A model generated the notes under the pieces. It did no database searches. It saw only the letters and a list, made by a program, of their open reading frames with translations, and was not told the DNA's origin. A DNA stretch of 64,000 bases from Candidatus Bathyarchaeota archaeon (GTDB lineage: Archaea; Thermoproteota; Bathyarchaeia; 40CM-2-53-6): contig CAVSBL010000002.1 of the NCBI GenBank assembly GCA_963726255.1, positions 2,144,001 to 2,208,000 on the forward strand, given 5' to 3'. Position numbers and translations under genes: made by a program. Positions 30,494 to 38,365 of the stretch are shown one piece after another (position 1 is the stretch's first letter; each line of letters opens with the position of its first letter).

Positions 30494-31557
30494 AGGTCTG
30501 GCTGGACATACTTACACCAAAGCAGGCCAATTTCTTTGGTGAACTTCAACATCGTCTCAGTGCAAAGGGTTTCAAAACCGTGTTGACCACCAGGGAATAC
30601 CGAGAAGTAAACGAACTGTTGGAACTCAAAGGGGTCAAAGCTATACAAGCAGGACGGTATGGTGGGGGAGAACTCAAAGACAAACTCCTCGAGAGTTCCA
30701 AGCGAGTTTCGGCTTTAACAGAAGTCATAGAAGACGAACAACCAGACGTGGCAATTTCCTTTTCCTCGCCAGAAGCCGCTCGAGTCGCCTTCGGCCTGAA
30801 GGTCCCTCACTTTTGCATCAGTGATTCACCTCACGCCGAAGCAGTCTGCAAGCTGACGGTACCACTCTCACAAAAGCTATTCACGCCGTGGGTGATCCCC
30901 ACGCATGCTTGGACGCGATACGGTGTAAACCCCCGGGATGTCGTTAAGTACAGGGCTTTAGACCCGGTGGTATGGTTGAGTGGCTACAAGAGTGATACGA
31001 AGGCGCTTGATGGCTTGAACCTGGACCGGGATAAGCCTATTGTTGTTATCAGGACTCCTGAAGAATTTGCCGCATACCTAGGCGATCGGTCTTCCACTTT
31101 ATCGAACAAGGTAACTGATGTCATTGGGAAAGTCTTGGATGTCAACGGCGACGGTATGCAGGTTGTGGTCTTGCCGAGGTACAATGTGCAAGGCGACAGG
31201 CTGAGAAAGCGTTTCGGAAATCGGGTGATTGTTCCAGAGCATATTATCGATGCTGTCCCTCTCATGCGTGCCTCCTCCGTGTTCGTTGGTGGGGGTGGAA
31301 CGATGACGGCTGAGGCTGCCTTGCTTGGGGTCCCTGTGATCTCTTACTACCCAGGCGATCCAACTTTTGTAGAGCGTTTTCTGATAAAATATGGCTTAGT
31401 TGAAAGGGTGCTCGACCCCGGCCGAATCGCTCAAAGGGCCTTTGCCATATCGAAGAGCGAGGATTTCCGTGAATTCTATCAGAAGAAATCAACCAAGCTG
31501 CTCCGAAGCTTGGAGGACCCTCTGCGCGTTATTATTCACCGAATCTTCAAAGCTTAG
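30490..31557 (+). CDS. DUF354 glycosyltransferase-like protein
   Basis: MKVWLDILTPKQ, GGGGTMTAEAALLGVP. Confidence 0.9.
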   Translation: MKVWLDILTPKQANFFGELQHRLSAKGFKTVLTTREYREVNELLELKGVKAIQAGRYGGGELKDKLLESSKRVSALTEVIEDEQPDVAISFSSPEAARVAFGLKVPHFCISDSPHAEAVCKLTVPLSQKLFTPWVIPTHAWTRYGVNPRDVVKYRALDPVVWLSGYKSDTKALDGLNLDRDKPIVVIRTPEEFAAYLGDRSSTLSNKVTDVIGKVLDVNGDGMQVVVLPRYNVQGDRLRKRFGNRVIVPEHIIDAVPLMRASSVFVGGGGTMTAEAALLGVPVISYYPGDPTFVERFLIKYGLVERVLDPGRIAQRAFAISKSEDFREFYQKKSTKLLRSLEDPLRVIIHRIFKA

Positions 31558-31798
31558 TCGTTTGCCTACCTAGAGCTCGCCATAGGTAAGCGTCAGTTGT
31601 CTTCTTCCAAACGAGCAGCCAAGTCAGAACGATTACGCCTGCCAAGAAGTTCCTCCCTACCTGGGTTGCGAAGCGTTCGGTTATGGTTGCGTTTCCTAGG
31701 TTGATGGAAAAGGCAACCTTGGCGATGAGGAATGTACAGAGTAGAAGAATCAGCCAGACAAACACTTCAATGGTGACGAGGGGGAGAAGGCGTCTCAA
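31547..31798 (-). CDS. Small two-TM membrane protein
   Basis: Two hydrophobic helices; overlaps the upstream GlcNAc-1-P transferase stop. Confidence 0.7.
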   Translation of the reverse strand: MRRLLPLVTIEVFVWLILLLCTFLIAKVAFSINLGNATITERFATQVGRNFLAGVIVLTWLLVWKKTTDAYLWRALGRQTTKL

Positions 31799-32802
31799 AT
31801 TCTACCACTCAACATAATCCAGTAGGTTACGAGGGCCAGAACCGAGGAGACCGCCGTCAGAATCATCATTCCCCTCACGATCTGTTTCTCACCTAGCGGC
31901 CCTTCGGCCAATATTAGGCGAGCCATTGTGACAGGCGCACCTTTCTCAGTACTGGCTCTGAGCAAACCATTATTCATGAGTCTGATTGGCCGTTGATGAA
32001 TTTCACGTCTTTCGCGCAAACCCCCGACCGATGCGAGGCCGTAGAACGCGTTCATGATGTGAGGAATCATCGCCACGACCAAAACCGTCTCGATTCGGCC
32101 GATGATGGCTAAGGCTCCAAGTGCAGCCCCCACAGCGAGGCTGCCTGTGTCGCCACTGAAAACTTTGGCTGGATATCGATTGAAGTAATAAAACGCGAGC
32201 ATCGCCGCAAGCAACCCCGCCGCGAGAGAAGCGGTTTGTGTTTCGCCCGAAAGTAGCAGGGCTCCTGTTGCGGCAGCTGCGATTATGGCCACCGTGCCCG
32301 GCAACGAACCGTTCATGATGTCCATCATGTTCACGGCGTTTGAGGTAACTGCAATAGCTATCGGTATTAGAAATGGATAGACCAAAGTAAGCCTGACAGG
32401 TCCGATTATAGGAAAAACCGGTGTTGGCACATAGGCTCCCAAGATTAGGATGGGCAAGCATGAAACGGCCGTGAGAAGGGGCTTCACCCTAGCGCCCAGC
32501 GGCCGCAAATCATCAATTATTCCAATTCCTCCGGCAATCAAGACTGTCCCAAGGAATGCTGTAGCTTCCCGAACGAAAGACGGGAGGAGTATCATGTAGG
32601 CCGTGGTTCCGATCGTCAGCCCGACCAAGATTGCGAGTCCGCACATTTCGGGCACTTTTACTTTCGAAAGTTTGTGAACATCTTCCCCGGTAATGCCGCG
32701 GTGCTTCATCATCTTCGCCACAGCTGGGGTGGCTATGAACGTAACAAGGAAAGTGATGCTGAAAGTGATTGCGACGTAGACCATCGATGGGAGGTCAAGC
32801 AT
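31795..32802 (-). CDS. MraY/AglH-type UDP-GlcNAc:dolichyl-phosphate GlcNAc-1-P transferase
   Basis: GEDVHK, VPEMCG, GIIDD, NAVNMMD, KVFSGDTG. Confidence 0.88.
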   Translation of the reverse strand: MLDLPSMVYVAITFSITFLVTFIATPAVAKMMKHRGITGEDVHKLSKVKVPEMCGLAILVGLTIGTTAYMILLPSFVREATAFLGTVLIAGGIGIIDDLRPLGARVKPLLTAVSCLPILILGAYVPTPVFPIIGPVRLTLVYPFLIPIAIAVTSNAVNMMDIMNGSLPGTVAIIAAAATGALLLSGETQTASLAAGLLAAMLAFYYFNRYPAKVFSGDTGSLAVGAALGALAIIGRIETVLVVAMIPHIMNAFYGLASVGGLRERREIHQRPIRLMNNGLLRASTEKGAPVTMARLILAEGPLGEKQIVRGMMILTAVSSVLALVTYWIMLSGRI

Positions 32803-34189
32803 GCCTTTTGCAACTCTTGATTATGCGTGCGAGTTTCCTCTTGTAGTCGCCCACGACTCTCAGTGCCATGCCTTTCGTGGGAGCCTCTGCCAAAATTCTG
32901 AAGATGGGTTCGGTTCCGCTGGGGCGGATTAGGATCCAGGAACGGGGTGGGATCCATACCTTGATGCCGTCTATGTCTAGGGCCTTGCCTTTTCTCGGTA
33001 AGTTGCGGATAGCCTCTGTTACTTGGGGCTTAATTGGGTCTGGGCATGGTATTTTGTCTTTGACGATGTAGGATTTTGGTAGCTGGTTGATTAGTTTGGA
33101 CAGTGGTTGCTTTGTTTCGGCGAGGATTCTGTAGATCATGGCGGTGGTGATTCCTCCATCTCGGGCAGCAACGTGAGGAGCGTAGAAGATTCCGCCGTTC
33201 TCTTCTCCGCCAAGGTTTGCATGTATCTTCAACATGAGGTTCGAAACGTATACACTCCCAACAGGTGTGTAGACGACTTCTCCACCGTATCTCTCGGCAA
33301 TCTCTTCTATTATCATTGACGAGCTAATCGGCGTCACAATTTTCTGGCCGGGATGATGTTCTAAGAAATCCTTCACAATCAGGGCGAACGTATGATCTCC
33401 CCAACAGACAGAGCCATGCTCATCGAGGAAGACTGCCCTGTCACCGTCGCCATCATGTGCGACGCCGAAATCAACATGAAGTGAAGGAAGAAGCCTTGAT
33501 GTCTTTCGAAGGTGTTCCGGTGTTGGCTCAGGCATTCGCCCCGGAAATGTTCCGTCAATTTCGCCGTTTACCACCGAGACTGTTCCACCCAACTTTTCGA
33601 TGATGGTTGGCATGGAAAGGACGCTGACCCCGTTCGCTGCGTCCACCAGTACCTTCAGGTGTGCCTGCCGCGGGATGTTGCCGACATTCTCTAGAATTGA
33701 TTCGACGTAGCCTGAGAATTTCTCGGCTACAGGCAGGGGTGGCTTCACCCTGTCCCAGCTTGTCAACTTCCAATTTGAATTGAAGTAGAGGCGTTCAATT
33801 TTGAGTTCCTCTTCATGCGGGAGCTCAACGCCCATATTTCCCATAACCTTCATCCCATTATACTCGGGTGGGTTATGGCTGGCGGTGATCATTATGCCGC
33901 CCCTCAGCCCCCAGTCTTTTGTCAGAAATTGTAATCCGGGCGTAGTTATCATGCCTAATTTCCAGACCTGGCAACCGACGCTCGCCAACCCAGCGCAGAC
34001 GATTTCCAGGAAGATGGGGCTGGAAACCCGTCCGTCACACCCCACAGCCACGTCAGCACCTTTGAAATATGTTCCAGTTGCCATGGATAATTTCAGAGCA
34101 AGTTCAGCGGTTAGTTCCTTGTTTACTACACCACGGACGCCATTTGTCCCGAAAAGTCTCAGCCCTTCCAACTGATTTCCCAAGCTCAC
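32795..34189 (-). CDS. glmM: Phosphoglucosamine mutase / phosphohexomutase
   Basis: FGTNGVRG, TASHNP, DGDGDR, GEENG, RPSGTEP. Confidence 0.9.
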   Translation of the reverse strand: MSLGNQLEGLRLFGTNGVRGVVNKELTAELALKLSMATGTYFKGADVAVGCDGRVSSPIFLEIVCAGLASVGCQVWKLGMITTPGLQFLTKDWGLRGGIMITASHNPPEYNGMKVMGNMGVELPHEEELKIERLYFNSNWKLTSWDRVKPPLPVAEKFSGYVESILENVGNIPRQAHLKVLVDAANGVSVLSMPTIIEKLGGTVSVVNGEIDGTFPGRMPEPTPEHLRKTSRLLPSLHVDFGVAHDGDGDRAVFLDEHGSVCWGDHTFALIVKDFLEHHPGQKIVTPISSSMIIEEIAERYGGEVVYTPVGSVYVSNLMLKIHANLGGEENGGIFYAPHVAARDGGITTAMIYRILAETKQPLSKLINQLPKSYIVKDKIPCPDPIKPQVTEAIRNLPRKGKALDIDGIKVWIPPRSWILIRPSGTEPIFRILAEAPTKGMALRVVGDYKRKLARIIKSCKRHA

Positions 34190-35292
34190 ATTACGTTTGT
34201 TCCCGGTCGTATGCTTGATTCAATTTCCTTGTAAGGATGAACGATAGCATTTCTCCCGATCTTGACGCCATCGTGAATCTGAACGTACGGTGAAACGACC
34301 GATCCTTGAGCAATTCTCACTTCTCTCCCAACCCTAACTCCGACAGCAAGAATCGACCCTGAAACCACGGAGTTCTTACCTAGCGATACCCCGTCGAACA
34401 AAATGGTACTCGATACTCGGGCGTCCCTCTCTATATGCGCGTTCTTTCCAGCGACCACAAGAGGACCCACAGAAGCCCCGCTCTCTACTCGCGACCCCTC
34501 GCCGAGAACTATTGGCGGTCGGACAACTGCGTCCTCAGCCAATCTTGCGGTGTCAGTCTGGGGAATTGACCCTTTGCCATGTTTTTCGAGCAAGGAAAAG
34601 TTGGCCTTCTGATAATCTGTAAGGCTGCCGATGTCGAACCAGTCGCCTGAAAACGGGAATCCGCTTAGCTTTCCAGCTTTCACAAGAAGTGGGAATATCT
34701 CCCTCTCTAATGAGACCTTGCGGTTTGGCGGAATCATTTTCAGAACTTCAGGTTCAATCACGTAAATTCCAGCGTTAACGAGTCGGCTTGGGGCCTCCTT
34801 TGCCTTGGGTTTTTCAACAAAACGCCGAATCCGCCCGTCAGTATCAAGTTGAACGACCCCAAATCTCGTTGGATCCTTAACCTCATGAAGCGCATCTGTA
34901 ATCAATGCCCCCGTTTGTTCGTGGTGTTTCAACATCTTTCCGAGTTCTATGTTGGCAATCACGTCGCCGTTCGTTACAACGAATGTTTCATCAAAATGCG
35001 CGCCCTCCGAGGCCAGCTTAATGGGACCACCGGTTCCTAGTGGCGCTTTTTCGAGTGAGTACTCGATGTTAATCCCATTGTAATTGTACCCAACTTCGGC
35101 GCGGAGCTGGTCGGCAAGGTAATTCACTGCAAGCACGACTTCGTCGACGCCGATGCCTTTGAGAAGGTCGAGTGTCCAGTAGATCATCGGCTTTCCAAGG
35201 ACGGGAAAAAGGAGTTTAGGTAAGGCATAGCTAATAGGCCGAAGGCGAGTTGCATACCCACCTGCAAGGACTACCGCCTTCATGCCGTTCAC
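34186..35292 (-). CDS. NDP-sugar pyrophosphorylase with left-handed beta-helix
   Basis: LAGGYATRLRP, NGD, VEKP, hexapeptide repeats. Confidence 0.92.
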   Translation of the reverse strand: MNGMKAVVLAGGYATRLRPISYALPKLLFPVLGKPMIYWTLDLLKGIGVDEVVLAVNYLADQLRAEVGYNYNGINIEYSLEKAPLGTGGPIKLASEGAHFDETFVVTNGDVIANIELGKMLKHHEQTGALITDALHEVKDPTRFGVVQLDTDGRIRRFVEKPKAKEAPSRLVNAGIYVIEPEVLKMIPPNRKVSLEREIFPLLVKAGKLSGFPFSGDWFDIGSLTDYQKANFSLLEKHGKGSIPQTDTARLAEDAVVRPPIVLGEGSRVESGASVGPLVVAGKNAHIERDARVSSTILFDGVSLGKNSVVSGSILAVGVRVGREVRIAQGSVVSPYVQIHDGVKIGRNAIVHPYKEIESSIRPGTNVM

Positions 35293-35346
35293 GCAAGACG
35301 TTCATAGGGTTAACATTCGCGCTATTTGTGCTTCGGAGCGGGGCGT

Positions 35347-35856
35347 ATGAGAGGAACCTACACTATTGTTTTGGCGTGTGAAAGGCCCATGCGAGTTAGA
35401 TTCGGCAAATTAGGCCGCGCGAATGTGAACGTTGGCTACTATCTCTACACTGGTTCAGCCTTAGGGCAAGGCGCAGTATCTCTAGAGGGAAGGCTTGCGC
35501 GGCATAATCGGACGGTTAAGAAGATGAGATGGCACGTGGACTACCTCAGGTCGCGTCGGGGCTGTAGGTTCAAGGGAGCGGTCTACTTGATTTCCAATAG
35601 GCGCTTAGAGTGCAGAGTCAACCGAGCAATCGCGGACAGCCTGAATACGCAACTGAGCCTTCCGCGCCTAGGTGCCAGCGACTGCAAGTGTGACGCGCAC
35701 CTCGTTAGTGTCGCGGAAGACCTGAGCATCGTCAGATTGCTAAATCGGCTTGAACAGATCTATTCTAGATTCGGACTGCCGCATCTCTATCTGGGGGAAT
35801 CTAGATTGGCTGGCCTTCTTCCCATCGCTTCAAGAAGGCGTCACGGAAAATTCTGA
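35347..35856 (+). CDS. DUF123 / GIY-YIG (Uri superfamily) nuclease
   Basis: GTY, YLYTGSA, WHVDYL, EC, GASDCKCDAHL. Confidence 0.88.
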   Translation: MRGTYTIVLACERPMRVRFGKLGRANVNVGYYLYTGSALGQGAVSLEGRLARHNRTVKKMRWHVDYLRSRRGCRFKGAVYLISNRRLECRVNRAIADSLNTQLSLPRLGASDCKCDAHLVSVAEDLSIVRLLNRLEQIYSRFGLPHLYLGESRLAGLLPIASRRRHGKF

Positions 35857-36607
35857 TCAACCCTTGATTTTTGGTGTAGTTTGGACGGAAATAGATAGGG
35901 CGCGGGACAGCGCTTTTCTTCGTCGCCCAGATTACGAAAACAAGTTCGTCGCTGTCCACAAGGGTCCCCCTGACTGGGTACCATTCTTCAGCGCAGTGGC
36001 GCACTTGAATTCCAAGATCGCGCAGTTCTTTGGCTCTTGCCTTCGTTGAGTCGTCTTTCACCATCATCAGAACCTTCATGCTGACCCCACGATCGTGTGC
36101 CTGAAACATCGATTCTCGCACCTTGCTGTACCATCCAAAAGTGTCCGCGAAGATTGACAGTTCCTTCGTGGCGTTTGCAAGAATTCGGGCCGTCCGCACT
36201 TCCATTTCTGGGAGGTCTCGGAGGGGTTCAATGATTTCTTCAGGTCTAATCCCGAGCCTACTTTCCCAGTAAACTGGTTCGAGCAGTTTCTCCAATTCCA
36301 AGGCTACAGCAGTTTCTTGGCTGACTTGGCTTTCGAGCGACCGTTTTCTCTGCTCAAGTATCCTCTGGAGAACGGTCCGGGGTTGGACGACCTCGACCCT
36401 ATTGCTTGAGATTCTCACAAGGCCTTTGTCCGCCAGTGATTTCAGCGAATCCTCCGCGATCGCAGCCGGAATCCCGAATGCGGTGACGACTTTATCTAAC
36501 ATCTCGCCTGCTGGTTGGGAAAGCAACTTTAGGTACACTTTGGACTCCCCTGCGGACAAGCCGAGGGTTTTCAACAGATCCATCGCTTTGCCGGTTTCGT
36601 TAAGCAA
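35801..36607 (-). CDS. TrmB family regulator, paralog of 29663-30493
   Basis: GLSAGESKVYL; shared W.PVRGTL.D...FVIWA...PN.TKN.GLIRIFR segment. Confidence 0.85.
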   Translation of the reverse strand: MLNETGKAMDLLKTLGLSAGESKVYLKLLSQPAGEMLDKVVTAFGIPAAIAEDSLKSLADKGLVRISSNRVEVVQPRTVLQRILEQRKRSLESQVSQETAVALELEKLLEPVYWESRLGIRPEEIIEPLRDLPEMEVRTARILANATKELSIFADTFGWYSKVRESMFQAHDRGVSMKVLMMVKDDSTKARAKELRDLGIQVRHCAEEWYPVRGTLVDSDELVFVIWATKKSAVPRPIYFRPNYTKNQGLIRIFRDAFLKRWEEGQPI

Positions 36608-36645
36608 TTGTTTCCAGACTCACATTGTGCGTTGATTGGGGTTAG

Positions 36646-36749
36646 TGGACCGGGCGGGATTTGAACCCGCGACCTCCCGCATGCCAAGCGGACGATGTGA
36701 TCGCATCGTTTGATTCCTCGATGCTCATACCAGGCTGATCTACCGGCCC
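36646..36749 (-). tRNA. tRNA-Ala(GGC) with 29-nt intron at 22/23 (36725-36697)
   Basis: GGGCCGG/CCGGTCC acceptor with G3.U70, TCCGC-TTGGCAT-GCGGG arm, GGTTCAAATCC; BHB around GCATCG/CGATGC. Confidence 0.93.
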
Positions 36750-36895
36750 AATGTTCCGAGTGCTTTCCACCTTTGCCTAAAAACCTATGTCCAAGTTTAC
36801 AGCCCGCAGCGCTCAGAGGACTCAAAGACATCCAAAACAGTTCTTGGGAAACTCTTAATTGTCTGCCACATTCCAAATCCCATTCTGCCGAGTAG

Positions 36896-37041
36896 GCCGA
36901 GGTAGCTCAGCCTGGGAGAGCACCCGAACAATTCGTGGTGAAGCTGAAGACCGGGTTGACTACGCCATCGAAAGCGTAGGCCAAATCGCGGATTCAAATG
37001 GAACGCAAAAAACGTTCCTGAAATTCCCGCCCTCGGCACCA
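36896..37041 (+). tRNA. tRNA-Phe(GAA) with three introns: 30/31 (36927-36942), ~46/47 (36959-36985), 59/60 (36999-37024); encoded CCA
   Basis: GCCGAGG/CCTCGGC acceptor; each insert sits in a BHB and removal gives a standard cloverleaf with CT-GAA-GA loop. Confidence 0.92.
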
Positions 37042-37128
37042 ACTCACCTTGGCTTGTTTCAACCGTCATGCGTTGAGCCGAATCAATTATCTGTTACCCG
37101 AACACAGCGGTTGTGAGGTTAAGCTTCA

Positions 37129-37890
37129 ATGCGAGTTGGGTTCGTGCAGTTTAATCCGAGACTGCTTGATGTGGAGGGCAATGTTGATGCAGCAATTCGA
37201 CTCATCGGCAGGAAACGATCTGATCTTATCGTTCTACCCGAGCTTTTCAACACCGGCTATAATTTCCGAACTCGAAAAGAGCTTGAGAGTGTAGCTGAAC
37301 CGATCCCGAGTGGTTCGACGACGCAGGTACTCAGGGACTTTTCAAAGCGAGACGGTACGATGATAGTTGCCGGAGTTGCTGAGCGCAAAGGGACGAACTA
37401 TTACAACTCGGCGGTTGTTGTTAGAAACGGGAAGTACTTGGGAACCTACCGTAAAGTTCACCTGTTCTTTAAAGAAAAGAAATTCTTCAAACGAGGATCA
37501 GAGTTCAAGGTTTTCGGGAACGTGGGGGTTATGGTATGTTTCGATTGGTATTTCCCCGAATCGGCTCGGTCTTTGATGTTGAAGGGGGCCGAGGTCATAG
37601 CTCACCCCTCGAACCTTGTTCTTCCGCATTGCCCGGAAAGCATGAAGATTCGTGCCTTGGAGAATAGGGTTTACACAGTGACTGCGGACCGTATTGGAGT
37701 TGAGCGCGGCCTGCGCTTCATCGGACAATCTGAGATCGTTAGCCCCACGGGGAGGGTTCTCTATCGGGCGTCAGCGAAGAGAGAGGAATCCGTCGTGCGC
37801 GAGGTAAACCTCGCATTGGCGCGCGACAAGGCCGTTACCCCGATGAATAATCTGGTTGGCGATATGGTTCCTGCCGCATATACGCGATGA
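37129..37890 (+). CDS. Nitrilase / carbon-nitrogen hydrolase
   Basis: LPEL, YRKVHL, VCFDW (E-K-C triad). Confidence 0.92.
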   Translation: MRVGFVQFNPRLLDVEGNVDAAIRLIGRKRSDLIVLPELFNTGYNFRTRKELESVAEPIPSGSTTQVLRDFSKRDGTMIVAGVAERKGTNYYNSAVVVRNGKYLGTYRKVHLFFKEKKFFKRGSEFKVFGNVGVMVCFDWYFPESARSLMLKGAEVIAHPSNLVLPHCPESMKIRALENRVYTVTADRIGVERGLRFIGQSEIVSPTGRVLYRASAKREESVVREVNLALARDKAVTPMNNLVGDMVPAAYTR

Positions 37891-37942
37891 TTGCCCGATA
37901 AGCCTTTAATTGAATTAAGCTAGTTAGCGGAATAGAGAAGCC

Positions 37943-38353
37943 TTGACCGCGGAAATAACTGTACGCCAAATCATGCGAACGATCGTTTCCATAGACTCGA
38001 AGGCCAAAGCCAAAGATGCGGCTAGGTTGATGGTGGAGAAGGGCATCGGCTCGTTGATTGCCAATCGGGATGGGTTGCCTTTCGGTATTGTTACTGAGCG
38101 TGATTTGGTGGAGAAGATTGTTGCAGAGGCCACCGACCCATCGAAGCTTACGGTTGCAGACATAATGACGGCGCCGTTGGCTACTATAGATGCTTCAGGG
38201 TCACTGATCGATGCGGCGAGAAAAATGGTGGAGAAACAAGTGAAGCGGCTCGTCGTGACTGAGCATGATAAGATAATTGGGATAATCAGCCAGACTGATT
38301 TGGTGGCGAGCATGACAGACTTTCAGAAGCTAGCGAAGATGGGCATGGCGTAA
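37943..38353 (+). CDS. CBS domain protein
   Basis: Two CBS motifs (GIVTERD, GIISQTD). Confidence 0.9.
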   Translation: MTAEITVRQIMRTIVSIDSKAKAKDAARLMVEKGIGSLIANRDGLPFGIVTERDLVEKIVAEATDPSKLTVADIMTAPLATIDASGSLIDAARKMVEKQVKRLVVTEHDKIIGIISQTDLVASMTDFQKLAKMGMA

Positions 38354-38365
38354 CTCTCTGCTGGA

